Below, piece after piece: positions 42,815 through 56,040 of a DNA stretch of 64,000 nucleotides; position 1 is the first letter of the stretch; each line of letters starts with the position of its first letter. The stretch comes from the human T2T-CHM13v2.0 reference genome, Homo sapiens. The position numbers were made by a program, and so were the translations under genes. The DNA lies in NCBI RefSeq assembly GCF_009914755.1, contig NC_060927.1. One strand, given 5' to 3'. The notes beneath the pieces were generated by a model. That model was not told the DNA's origin. It saw only the letters and a program-made list of their open reading frames with translations, and did not search any database.

Positions 42815-43363
42815 CTGGGGTCTTCAATAGTTATTAAGAGCGTAAAGCACCCTGTGGATCAAAAGTTTGAGCACCTATGTTTTAGTGGAAGGACTGTACA
42901 TTTTGGAGCAAAACGGTTTTTAAGGGTTTTGTCTCCTCTGTCTCCCACTTGCTGTGTAATCACAGCCAATTTACTTGGCCTCTCTGGTCTTCCATTTTTT
43001 ATATATCAGGCTAATCACCCTTATAATTATTTGCTCAAGCATATCTTCCTTGCTGAAATATAATATCCAGAAGGTCAGGATTATGTCTGTTTCGTTCATC
43101 CCACATTACCAAAGTCTAGTACAGCACATTACATGATACATGATAGGGTCTCAATAAATAATCATAAATTGATTGACAGGGTGGCTGTGAGTCTTAAATA
43201 GAATAATGTGTATAAAGTGCCCCATGAGGTACCTGGCAGATGGCAAATGTCATAGGTGCTCAGTAAATGCCAGATCTCTTTCTTTACCACTAATGCTGTT
43301 CTCAGTGGTACCACACAGGAGACAAAATTCATGGCTTGTCTACATAAAGTAAATATTTAAGGC

Positions 43364-43560
43364 ACTGGTTCCCAAAGTGTGGTGTCCAAACTAGTAGCAT
43401 CAGTATCACCTTTAGAAGTTGTTAGAAATCAAATTATTTTACTCCTACCCTAGACCCACTGAGTTAGAAATTCCACAGGAAGGGCCCATCACTTCGGGTT
43501 TTAACAAGCCCTCCAGGAGATTCGGAGATTCTGACTCATCCTCAAGTTTGAGAACCATGG
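43364..43560. mobile_element. MER5A-type element
   Basis: TGGTTCCCAAAGTGTGGT...TTTTAACAAGCCCTCCAGG...AAGTTTGAGAACCA. Confidence 0.75.
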
Positions 43561-46500
43561 CTTGAAGATAGTATTTTATGCCAGTAACATTTTAGACTTT
43601 CGTAACAGAGAGATACCCAATATGTTGTCTAATGCTGGCAGCCTAAGATCCTTTTGGGACAAGGGCAGGGGAAACAAAGTCAAATACAATAAATTTCTGC
43701 TGCTGGTCTTGTACGGTGGAATGATTGATTTTGTATTCTGGTTGTGTTCCTGGGGCCAGTACTAAACGTACCTTTCATTTGAAATAAAGCTGGAACCATT
43801 AGAAACAGAGGAAGTTTTATCTTAGAGAAACTCCAGCATAACGCTTGAGTCACCTTTTGTGGCTGGGCATAAAATTTGTGAGTAGGAACAGAGAGAGAGG
43901 AGAGGAGGAAAGGGAGAAGAAGGGTAAATGATTCAGTAGCTATGAAAAGCATACATTTTGTTGCTGATATCTACCATACCTTCATAAACACACTTCTAAT
44001 TTTCACAATTCCCCTGCAACACAGCAAACCATTACCATTAGGGTAATTAACTACTAATAAGCCTCTAGTTTGTGAGAGATGCCACCAGCAAATAAAGGTT
44101 GCAATTTGAGTAATTTCCAAGTGACAGCAAGCTTCACAGCCATCCTATAACATAGACACAATCATTATTCTCATTCTATATCTATGAAAACTGAGCTTCA
44201 ACAGGTTAAGCAGAGCTGAAATTCAAACCTAGGAATTCCTGACTTAAAATTTATGCCATTCACCAATACACAATCTTACCTACCTACATACAACACACAG
44301 AATAGTCTTGCAAATATAGTGGAGCACATTTGAGGTGAGGACTGTGATTTAAAGTCAATGCATAAAGTACAACACACACGTAGTCAAAATAATCCTTGAA
44401 AAATATTATAAATTTTTCATGAAGTACAATATATGTTGTATTACAGATACAACTATGTGCAGTAGTAATATGTCATATAACTTCATATATCAATTTGGAT
44501 GATATGATAAAGTCAATAATCAAAATATAATAAGAATATTTTTAATAAATGAGAGCAGGTGTAGAATAGATTTTGAGTAAGTTAAAAGCATGCTTTGCCT
44601 GGATGCAGGATATTTGCTAAGGGAATGGAGATGCACCCAGAGTGACAGAGGGAGTATCCTATGTGCCAAAAAAGTTCTAGGTTCTCTGGAGTCATATCAA
44701 GAAGTGTGATATACAACTGCTACTTGGAAAAGCTTGCAACATGCTACAGACATGGTCATATCTATGAATAACCATGTTACAAGGCACACAATGCAGGGGC
44801 TGAAGCATAGCCAGGCCAGGAGAGGGTATGGTAAAGAGAATTAACTTCAACTTGGAGAATCCAAGCCCAAGAAGCAAAGATCTTATGAAGCATGGACTGG
44901 ATAACTGTGCCCTGGTCTGAATTGGAATAGGGATACCCTAAATTTCATTCCTCTTCCTCCCAGTTGCCAGTGCTTTGACAACTGACCAAATTATTTATAA
45001 AACAGTACTATTAATATCTAACCCACAGAATATACACTTCTAGTGACTGTGTATGTATTTATATTTATATAATTAAATAATTTTATTTTTCTGCAAGATA
45101 AATGCATATTATCTGAAATAAATTAACATTACTTTTTAAAAGAAGTACTATATCCCACTTTAAATCTTCTCAGGATGGATGGAGAGCAAGGTTGGGAAAG
45201 TAGGAAAAAAACATTGAGTGCATACATACAGTGAGTCAAGGCCTCTCTTCTGCCTTATAGCCTTATATATATGGTTTAATCTCCATTTTTACAAATGAGG
45301 AAATAGGGCAGACAGGTTTAGTAATTTCCCCAAAGCAAAACAGCTATTAAGTGCCAGAGCCAGCGTTCAAACTAAGTATGCTTACTTTTAAAGCTTAAGC
45401 CCTTATCATAACAAAACTTAACACATATTTGTCTTTATCAAACTGCATTGCAACCCTGTGATTTCTTGGCACATTTCCTGATATGAGTGAGGAAGAAAGA
45501 AACAGCTTATTTCATTCAGTCAACCAAAAGTTTTTGAGCAACTACTAGGTACCTAGCACTGTTTGGGGTTCAGTTGTGAGCAAGACAGAGAGAGTTCTGA
45601 CCCCCTGAAGCATGAAGTGGAGAGGAGAGAGGAGTGTGGTGTGGCATGGGCCAGAGAAGAACCCCAGGCCCAGGAGTGAAGAAGCCTTTATTCTCACTGC
45701 TGTAACTAGGCCACCAATGAGCTTGAGCAAGTCACTTCACCTTGCTGAGTCTCTTTTTTCTTATCTGGAAAATGGGAGGGGTGTGCATAATTTTATGGGA
45801 TTGCCAAGTTCTCACATTCTCTTATTCCATAAGAGGCATTTATTTTCCCATCTTTTTAAAATTAAATCAGGTTAGGAGCTATCATGAGTGTTATTAGTTG
45901 CCAAAAAATCAACTATTTCCACTCTTTTCCTCTTATCGTGCCTTTTCTCCATACAATTCACAATCAGTCAAGTCACAGGACGTAAAGGCCACCAAGCAAA
46001 AGAAATCTGACCATGGCTTCTCGGGAGCTCTGCAGTCTACCTGGCCAGATAACGTTAACACACATGATCAAAGGTGTCCATCCCTAGTTTCACATTAGCA
46101 CAATGTCAGGTGCAAAACTCCTTGACTTTTCCATTTTGACACTGAAATTTATATCTCTGAGTTACCTGTTGAATCAACTGCTCCGAAGATAACAAAGACA
46201 TCACCTCAGTCATCTTGCAATGCTAGTGGCTACTAACATATTAAAAGCCTTCTTTGTCTTTAATGATAAAGTATTGTTTTGGGCCATTCTATTGCCCTTA
46301 TTATTTTTCATTTTTATGGATATTTGTATGAAATACACCTTTCAATATTTTTAAAACAGAGTTCTTATTTAGATTGTTTCAGACCCATCACTTAATGGTA
46401 AAGGTTCTTGGTTATATTTCTATTACATTTCCTTCCAAATCATTTTCTGTTTAAATGAATTAAGTCAATGATTTAGGCATTTACTTCATGATATTGATGA

Positions 46501-47136
46501 AATTACTACATACAGGGCATGGTGCAAGTTGATTAGATTTTAGAATCTCTATTAGCGCTGTTAAGAATACATACAAACCAAAGTGCCTGCTGAATGAGAT
46601 GCCACCCCCTCCACTTCTCCCTCAAAATTACCTTCTGTCCACCTGTTTCCTTGAAATACAGGGAGAGGAAAAACACCTTAGTATAACAGAACTTGTAAAG
46701 GACCACTTCCCAGGTCCTTTGAGACAAACCAAATATCTCCTTCTTTATCTCTTACCTAGCATCATTTGTTCATCTTTCTCCTCACACTTAACAGCACAAT
46801 TTCAATGTTTCTTTTCACCAGTCTGCCTGTGCCTCAAGTTTTTATGTTTATCCCCAGTGCCTAGCACAGCTTTTGACATAAATGCTGTGACCAATTATTA
46901 TTCAACAGATAGATGAATGAGACCCTTCTGCTGAGGGGGAAGGGGTAAGAGATGGGGGAAGGGATAAGAGATGGGAGAAGAGGCCCATTTAAAAATAAAA
47001 TGGTGATAGCAAATAACAATCACAGTGAACCTGTGTTAAGCTCCTATTGTGTGCCAAGCATTGTATATATTATTGCTAACCTTTAACAAAAAGGAAAAAT
47101 GGCGAAAGTAATTTTATTTTCTCTTCTTATAGATCT

Positions 47137-47350
47137 GCACTGTTTCAATAGGGTAGCCACTACCCACATAGGAGCATTAAGCACTTAAAATGTGGCAGAT
47201 CTGAATTAAAATGTGCTGTAAGTATAAAAATACATGCTAGATTTCAAAGATTTAGTACTAGAAAAAAAAAGAATGTAAAATATCTCAATAATCTCTATAT
47301 CGATTACATGATTTTTTTAAATTTTGTGTTAAGTAAAATATATTCTTAAT
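47137..47350. mobile_element. MER33-like fragment
   Basis: GTAGCCACTACCCACAT...AGCACTTAAAATGTGGC...ATGTGCTGTAAGTATAAAA...GATTTCAAAGATTTAGTAC. Confidence 0.7.
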
Positions 47351-47897
47351 TTTTCTTTTTTTTTTTTTAAAGGGTGAAGTTTGGGGAGAACTCCCAAGAG
47401 AATGGGCACAGGAAGTAGCATTTATCTACGCACTAAAATGCCAGACACTTTTAAACACCTCACATTTACAACAATTACTAGCCCCATTTTCCAGATCCTA
47501 ATACTCGGGTTAAGTGATTCACCCAAATGCCTGGATCTTGAAAACTGTAGCCCAAATTTAAACAAGGTATTTCCGGATTCAGAGTTCTTCTGATAACAGG
47601 CCCAAGTGTAAGGAAACAAAGGGCGATCAGACCCCAGAAAGGCCTGTCACGAGGAGTTTTGAGAGTAGTCAGACTGTCCAGCCGCGGAGCAACCTAACCA
47701 GGCACTGGAAGACATCACCAGATGCTCAGGGCAAAACCTTTTGTCCCCTCTCCGCAGCGAGGCAATCCAGGCCGGAGAGTCAGATGCACCTGAGAAAACC
47801 AATATCCCCAGGGCATATCTTGGGGTTGGGTCAAACTCCATTCCTTATCCTAGAAGCCCTGCTTATGGGTCCCGGAGGTTGACTCTGCTAGTGCTCC

Positions 47898-47912
47898 GGC
47901 GCCCTCTAGCGA
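47898..47912 (-). promoter_or_regulatory. Candidate CTCF site in a locally CpG-enriched patch
   Basis: Minus strand TCGCTAGAGGGCGCC matches the CTCF core CCASYAGRKGGCRC. Confidence 0.55.
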
Positions 47913-48390
47913 TTGTCCATTCCAATGCCAGCTCTCTCTAGTCCGTCCTTCTAGACTCACCAGCTCCTAGAGCTTGCCCTGCCGTGGACCCCTGCCAGCC
48001 TGATTTTGCTCCTCCCCTACCTCAAGGTGCAATGAATTGCCCTACACTTGGATAAGAAAGAGGTCTTCTGGTCAATAAGCCTTAAACCTGAGTTTTCTAA
48101 AGTTAATCCGAAATACTGTATTTTCCCCCTGACATTTCCAAGGAGAAATTTCTCTAGTTTCCTAAGTAATAAGAAAAACAAAGTTAGAAATACTGTGTTC
48201 TGAGCCAAAGATGTAAAAGCAACATTTAAGAAAGTTTGTTCTTTTTGAATGACGCTTTAATTTAAAACAGAATAAAGGATTCCCCTGTGTGTTCCTGGAA
48301 CTGTAAACACTCATAAACTCTGTTTACTTTATTGACTCAATTGTGACATTTAAAATAGAAAGCTAAGTCTATGCATGAGCAATTTTTTAC

Positions 48391-48875
48391 AGAACATGCA
48401 CATTAACAGAGATGGCTGCAGACAATGACTTTGTACAAATTCAATCACATTTATTGGGTAAATATTGCACTGGCTCCAAGAGACAGCAATGTAATAAGTC
48501 CCAAGCCTACTCCTCCTAACACTCTAATGGAGGTGGGAGACACCCCCGCAATCATCCCTAACTCATACTTAATAAAGATCAGCAGTGCACATGGTGCCAG
48601 AGATTGGCGCCACTGCTGTAATTATCTCCAGGGAACTTGAGTTTCTTTATGAGGGGAGTAATCAGAAGGGTTGTTGAATGAGTCTCCTGATTTTGAGAAG
48701 TCACTTATTTGAGCTTTAGTTTCCACATTTGTCAAATTAAATTGCTAGAGTCAGTAGATGATCCCCAAGCTCTCTTCCAGTTCTGAGAGTCATAGAACAT
48801 GCACATTAACAGAGATGGCTGCAGACAATGACTTTGTACAAATTCAATCACATTTATTGGGTAAATATTGCACTG
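48391..48875. repeat. Identical 82-bp direct repeats (48391-48472 and 48794-48875)
   Basis: AGAACATGCACATTAACAGAGATGG...GGGTAAATATTGCACTG present twice with no mismatch. Confidence 0.95.
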
Positions 48876-51806
48876 TTGAAAGTTGCTGATCACAGTTTAG
48901 AGATGAGTCCATCACAGATCAGCTTAAATGGGCTCCCCTTCCAGCCCTATGACTAAAATAATAGGACTGGAATAAACTTTCCCAAAGAAGGCATCCTTAT
49001 CACTTTCTTATTTTTGAGACTTGCCTTCCAACCCTCAATATTTACTGAGCTAAAAGCTGATGGTTCCCAAGAGGGTTTCCAAAGAATACAGCAGACAAAT
49101 AAAGGACTTCCCAGGATGTGCTGATTTAGGAGAAAATATATCCAATATATCACATATATTTAGTAGTTCATACAGCAAACAGAAAGCTCCCACATAACTG
49201 CAGTTTCTAGTACAGAAAAAGAAAACCTGAAAGTATATGTAGGCACTAATATGTTTTTATTATGCAGTCACAAGTTTAGGAGATATTCACTGAGTTTAAC
49301 ACTAATTGAGGCCTTACTATAGACTATTTCAAATAACATAGAAAAGATGATGCATCTTACCTGACCCATTTATTGTGCTTGATTTTTGGATTTACCATCA
49401 ACTATCACATAAATACTTTATCCAAAAAATGGATGTGTAACCCCAACCTAAATTATTATCATAATGTGCTTCCCTGAAAAGAAAATATTATAAGATTTTG
49501 GGGACATCTTAAAAAGAATTAAAATCAGTAATCTATTCTTTGCCATCTACATTCAATCAGGAGAAAGGCAACTGTATTATTACATGTTGGAAGATCAGTT
49601 TTAATGCACCAAAGAATGGTCTTGAACTATGTGACATTTTATTTTGAATGCATTTAAATTTTTCTATTTTGATATTTTGTAAATCTAGTGTACTGGCTAC
49701 TGTTGCCAAGGAAATATGACTTTGGGTTACTGAATGGATCTGCAAAGGTTTTTGTTTTTCTTTTAAAATATTAACAAGACAAAAATGGAAAGATCAAATA
49801 TGGAACACAAATTTAGCCCTTTCTCTCTTCAAAGTGCACGGAATACAGATCTTCTTACACACCACTGATTAAAAAATACAAAGATGCATGAAGTGATTTT
49901 TCCCAACTAGTGTAGAGACTTTTACCCAATTAGCCAAGTTGATATCATCAGAGTACCTGTCTCATTCTTTGTTCTGGATTCAGACCACTCTGAAAATGTG
50001 TGGTATTGATTACACACAACACTGACGGCTCATCTTCAATAAGTTCATCTCTAAATGAAAAGATCCTTTCTTTATGTGGATAAAGGTAACATAATGTTCT
50101 AGGGTGTTACATTTCAAAGAATTTTCGAAGTGAAGTCAGAAGAAGGCATAGTGCAAACCTTATAAATGTGTTCAGTATTAATTCCAAAAGATTCAAATAC
50201 ATATGAGAATAAAGATTCCACCATTAACCCATTTTTTTTGGTCTGTGATTGTTTCTTATAGTCAGTATAACCTCAAGGTTTTAAGTCATAATAATGGGCT
50301 TGAATAATCTAATTATTTAAAAGAATCAAAGCTTTTTTCTATTGTTTTGGAATATTACATAAAACTTCTCTATAAACAGATAACATCTTTACTTCCTACT
50401 AACTGAAATGAGGTATTTTTAATTAGAAATACACAAGCAGATTAAGTATACTTTAGAACAAACACCTTTTAATTAAAACCTCTAAAACCAGAGTCCCCTT
50501 AAGACAAACCAATAATTCACCAAAATGTCATGTTGCTACTGGAGACTTGGAGATAAACAGGAAGTCTTTTAATTTCTTTTTACACTTAAGAAACAACTCA
50601 GAGCAACTATTTTCAAAGAAATATTTAGGAATTCTAGTAAAGCAACTATCTCAAACTGGGAAGTCACTGTACCGCATCTGTGCCTTCTCCCAGTCAAATA
50701 TGCTGGGCCTGTGTCCGGGAGAATAAAAATAAGGTTGACCACTCACAGGAAAGGCATAAGTTTGATGGCCATGGGAGTTTTTACTTGTTAACACATAAGT
50801 AGAGGTTTGGTTCAATTATAGGCAATCTCTTCTCACACAATCATACAAAACTGCCCAGGATTAAACATCTACTATTGCTATAGACCAATATATCCTTTTA
50901 TGTAATGTTAATGGAAAAGTCACCTCATTCTGATGTGTTTTGAGTTTGATCCTCTAAAACCATAAGAATCTTCCCATGAGAGATAGTTGAGAAAATGTTG
51001 GCCTTTATTAGTATGCACTATTAACACAGGTGTTCTGACTGCATTTTCCAACCCTCCCTCTATTTTATGCACCTCTCTACATGTGAGAACTTTTGACTAA
51101 CTCTGAGTCCTGACCTGCCAGAGTGACTTTGTCAGTCTCTCTTTAAAAATGGGCAGGTGAATAAAATGAGTTCAGCCTAGAAGCAGCAGCTCGGTAAGGG
51201 AAATGAAAATATCAGAAGTTATCTAATCACAGCCACAGCCATGCTGAGCTTCATCTTATCTTTTGGTTAATAAAAAGAAATGGGACCTTCCGAAACTTGA
51301 AGGGCATCAAATTAAGTTTTTGCTTGCCTCTGGCTTTTTGGGGGATATGCTATGTGGTTTAACCAGCATATACTAACTACAAAAATTGACATGGATTCAA
51401 AACACCTGTGTCATAGGACGGTGGGCGTTTGTTTTTTTGTTTTGTTATAAAGCAGAAAATAAAACACAAAGGCCTTTGAGAACAGGGATTGTTAAGGGAA
51501 TAGAAGAGTATGGAGAAAAGAACACTTTATTTGAAGTTAAGGTAATTGTGTACGCCTGTGTATGTGTGCGCGCGGGGGCGCGCGAATGAGCAGGATTTAG
51601 TTTCATTTAAAGATAACATATTAAAGTATCTTGGACAGCTCAAAAGTGCTGTTCAGGAAACAAAACCAAGTGAGCCAAGAAAAACCAGAACAGTGCTTTT
51701 AAAATCCCTGGCAAAGCAGCAAGAGGATGAAGAGTTGGTTTTGCATAGTTTTGAACACAGGGTGTAAAGGTGCTGAGGCATCTTTTCCCACAAGTCACTG
51801 AAATCC

Positions 51807-51858
51807 TGTGAGAGTGTGTGAGTGTGTGTGTGTGTCTGTGTGTGTGTGTGTGTGTGTA
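51807..51858. repeat. (TG)n microsatellite
   Basis: Direct reading of the sequence. Confidence 0.95.
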
Positions 51859-52995
51859 GAGGGAGAGGTTCTCAGATGTCTCTCTTGCAAAGCTTCCCAG
51901 AGCACTCTCGCTTCCCTAGCCCCCTCCCTCCTCACTCTGCTCACCTTTCCCCCCTCCACTTCCCAACCACCCACATCAAGCCCTTCATAGATTTGCGCCC
52001 CTTGGATCATCTCTGCCGCCTGTGACTTTCCCTGGAGCCTAGCAGGTTCTGGGGCTGAAAGGCAATCCGCCAAGGCGCCCTGGGGCGCCGTCAGATTTGG
52101 AACATAGAATGGGAAATAGGGCCTTAAAGCCCACCTACTCCAAGATGAAGGAGGAGCATTTTTCATCAGGGTTTAGCCTGCTCCTCACCGGATGGTAATC
52201 AGCACTCGCTTGACTTGGCGTGGACCACCTCCTAATTATCTCCATTGGATTCAGCCCTAACAGTTCTCGTGTGTCTGTGATACCACGCGGGGTCGTGATC
52301 TCCTTACTCAGCTGTGGCTTGGTTTCAGTGGTCCCTCCAGTCCCGTCCCCTGTCCCCGTCCCCCTTTCCTTCTGGCTACTTTATTCCATAGAGGAAGAAG
52401 CGCTGAAGGACTACGTTGAATCAAAGCACTTGCAAGCCTATTCATTAGTTTTTAACACTGAGAAGAGGCAACTAAAATATTATTAGAACCTCATTGTAAG
52501 AAGTGTGGGGGAGGAGGTTGAGAGGCTGAATCCAACCGCAGCCAGGTCAAGCCATTGGAAGGGACTACAATGTCCCACAGCTTTCTCACTGTCAGAGAGG
52601 AAGCTGCAACTTCAGCCAGAACTCCCTTCCCCTCCCCTTCCCCGATTTTGAAAACCGTACCCCTTCTTCCGCCTTCGGGACTTCCCTGACCTATCCCTCA
52701 CCCGTGCCCTGCTGTCCCCTCCCCTCCGCGGTCTTTCTCCCCAACTCCATTCGCCCCACCCCACCTGGGCGAGTTGGGTGGATGTCAGAAGGCGAGAGGT
52801 AGGGGATGGAAGTCCCTTCAGATTAAAGACGTTGCTTGCTGCTGCTTTTTAAAACAACAACAGCAATGACAAACGTGCAAAGGTGAGCGAGAACCAGTGC
52901 ATCTCAAAAGTTGGTCTTGCTACGCAGCAGCTCCAACAGACTTTGCAATCACAGCGCCCCAGGAACACAGGAATGAAGAGTTGGCATTTACTTAC

Positions 52996-53440
52996 CTGGG
53001 TGTGCCAATCTCGAAGAGTGGAGAGAGAATTCAGCCCGGGACGAGGTCTGTCCCGCCCCCAGGATGCAAAATCCGGCTTTGAAGTGGAGGTGGTTGGTGT
53101 GGTAGTTATGTACTGATGTAAGGGGCGTCGCACCTCCTTCCCCTCTCGTCCTCCGAGGTCAGTTTAGCAACAGCGGCTGGGAAAGGTGCTGAGAGCAGAG
53201 TTCGGTCTCTCCGGAAACCCTGACTCCATTCTCGGTGATGGGGGTGGGGGAAGAGGGTGAAAATGTTGGAGATGTCAGGTCGGCTCTCAGTTAACTCGGA
53301 GAGTAAAGAGGAGGGTACTGAGAAAAGAGGGAGGGAGTGGAGTGGAGCGAGGGAGGAAGGAAAGGAGGGTGGCAGAAAGAGAAGGGGACGAGCGGGTGGC
53401 GGGGAGATGGCAGCTTCTCACAGAGAGATTTCCACCTTCT
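52996..53440 (-). other. CPNE4: Main non-coding first exon of CPNE4 (3' end exact, TSS approximate)
   Basis: Consensus donor ACACCCAG|GTAAGT inside the CpG-rich region; distance to MIR5704 fits my recollection of the locus. Confidence 0.7.
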
Positions 53441-53576
53441 GACGAATCCCATGCACCCAGCAACCCGGCAAGAGACTGGTTCCGAAACCTCCGCGCGAGC
53501 GCCCCCTGGGGGTTGCTGACGGAGACGAGCATTGCCCCGGGAACCCGAGCTCAGGCCCCGCCCAGGCCTTGGCGGC

Positions 53577-53597
53577 GGCGCTCTCCGTGGTCCTGCC
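53577..53597 (-). promoter_or_regulatory. Candidate REST/NRSF RE1 element
   Basis: GGCAGGACCACGGAGAGCGCC versus consensus TTCAGCACCACGGACAGCGCC (17/21, correct half-site spacing). Confidence 0.6.
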
Positions 53598-55987
53598 GCG
53601 CCCGCAGTCTGGGCTTTCTGCTCAGCTTTGTCGCTCAGCTGAGCTCCTGGGGACACTTGATTTAGATCTCCAAGTGCTTGGTCTCCATCTCCACTCTAGG
53701 GTGGAGCGGTCGTATCGCGGCGCGGGTGTGGGGGGAATGGGAGTTACACTTTTTGGCACTCACCAAAGAAAACTTCTTAGATGGGTGCTTAACTGTCACC
53801 AAAAATGGTAAAGGTGTTGCTAATCTCTGGATCCTTCGTGTCTACAAAACTGTCTGGCGTATGGCAGGAGCCTGGAAATTATTTTTAGTAAGTAATGCAT
53901 GAGTAAATTAATGGACAAAGAGTATTTTCTTCATCTCATGATGAGTTTCTGAATACATCTACCTCACAAATAAGATAAAGAAATACTTAGGGAGTACTTA
54001 TGCTTAAAGATAGATATAAATATGCTGTCTTATGTAAGGGGTGACCACTTCCACATGTTTTAAAGCACTTTAGAGAGAAAGTATGGCCTTCCTATTTCAA
54101 ACTTATTCAAATTCAGACAAATGAACTTATTCAAATACAGGGCATTGTTTCTGATTATGTCTGCTACCATAGACAAACTAGACAACTAAATTCTCTCTGC
54201 ACATTGGTATTGTCAGACTCACAAATTGGACTTTGGAATTAATGAAGTAAAGTGAATGACGGTCTCTTTCTGACATTGGGATGGTATAGAGTGTGTTACA
54301 TCTAACGTGGAGGGGAGATGGAAGGTCTTCCTTCTCACCCTATTAAGGGGCTATCTAACAAAGCCTCTCCAACCTGAAGGTTGGAGGAGATATTAGCCAA
54401 AATCTTTTCACTAACCATGAAGTTCTCAATTTCAAAGTCCAGAAAAGGAGAACCAATAGGGTAAGGAGGAAGACCCCCTCTTAATTGTTCTATAGAAGTA
54501 GACAGAAATATCTTTGATAAACAAAGGGACAACCTTCTGACAGAACACAAATAACATTTTTCTTCTTTCAGTCACCTCTAAAGCCTTTCTGAAATAGGAT
54601 AACACTAAACATGGACCCTGGAAAGGACCTCAGGGAGCTTCTCTGTACACTGAAACTACCACAGAAATCCTTGGATTTGCTTTGATTGCAAAAACTTGGG
54701 TCACATGGCTATGCATAAGTCAATCGTTGTGACCTTTGGATATGGAATTACACTAATGGGCCAGGACTTCCACAATGTCTAGGAGCATGTGATGTCTTCT
54801 ATAGCACTCCTGGAGCCAGGATGGAGCCCCACCTGATCTACACACATTGCGAGTGAGACACAGGGACAATTCTCCAAGGGATATTCAGGGTCCTCCTACC
54901 AGGAAAGGGGAGACGGATGCTAAGCAGGCAAAACCAGTGTATGATTACTAAATATGAAAATGTTAAGTCCAAAAACATTACTTCCAGGTTTTGTTAAGAG
55001 GTAGCCTCAGAGATAAACTCAAAATTTGAATTGGATTGAACTTGCAAAGATGAAGGAAGAAGAAGGAAAAGTCATTGTGCATTTCCTTGCATGTTAATTG
55101 TATCCTCTAAAATTTAATTTCTATGAAGGCAAGGGATATGTCTGTTTTGTCGTCTTGTTCATAATTATAACCCCAATGCCTAGAAAGGTGTCTACCACCT
55201 TCTACATTTATAAAATTAAAAATAATATAAATACCTTAGGGACCATTCAACATAAACTTCTTATATTACAGGTGAGAGAAAAGGAATTAAGATGTGCTGA
55301 GCATGTACTATTTCCAGGCAATCTGTTAGGCACTCTACTTACCATCCCATTTAATTTTTACAACAACCTGCCCAAGAAAGTTTTACTATACCTACAAAAA
55401 TAAATCCAGGGTGTGGGCGGTTGAAATGACCAGACCAGGGAACACAACTAGTTAATGGGAGGATAGGGGTTGTTCATTGAAGCAGTCTCTAAAGGGGCAG
55501 CTAGAATAAGTGAACACATGGACCATAGAAAAGAAGTTATAGAGTCAATGCTCATAGGGAAAAAGAAAAACAACATAGTTATCTTTGGCCCTACATGTTA
55601 AAAGCATAGATACACAAACTAAACACAATGCCACAACTTGTGACAAATATGGTTTCCTTTGCCAGCAGGCTTCAGCTCCGTAATTAGAAACAAACAGTTG
55701 CCTGCATGCCAGTGCGCAGAAAACATGTGCAGCTTTATGCCAGAAACTTGGAATTTTTTTCTGAAGGCATGACACTGAAGGTAAATTCAAAGAAGCTTTT
55801 TACAGGGCACATAAAGCAGAATTTACTCCCACCTCTTATATGAAATCAACAGCTCATCTGTACAAATGAAGATTTGTAACCAGCTAATAATCCATGTTTT
55901 CAATCACTGCCCCCACAGCAAGTTGCCCGCCAGCCGCAGTCCCCTCAACAATTGTAACATCGAAATCCCCTTGTCTCTATCACTCAC

Positions 55988-56040
55988 CTCCTCCCAGCTC
56001 TCCTTTTAATGGATTCTGAGCTGCTGGGTTCTACAGCCAT
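55988..56040 (-). CDS. CPNE4: First coding exon of the N-terminally extended copine-4 isoform (MAVEPSSSESIKRRAGR + 2 nt)
   Basis: Strong Kozak ACCATGG, 53 coding nt, then GAG|GTGAGT; 53 nt fits the 18-aa extension I recall for the long isoform; possible acceptors at 56052 and 56141. Confidence 0.75.

Larger units (their letters stand above)
52030..53730 (-). promoter_or_regulatory. CPNE4: CpG/GC-rich CPNE4 promoter region with several possible first-exon donors
   Basis: Highest CpG density in the window; GC box GGCCCCGCCC near 53554; minus-strand donors after 52996 (CAG|GTAAGT), 52702 (CGG|GTGAGG) and 52189 (CCG|GTGAGG). Confidence 0.8.

Noticed and set aside
52030-54320. Alternative identification as the NCALD promoter
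   Set aside because: The miR-5680 sequence I would expect nearby is absent, while miR-5704 and the 53-nt coding exon fit CPNE4
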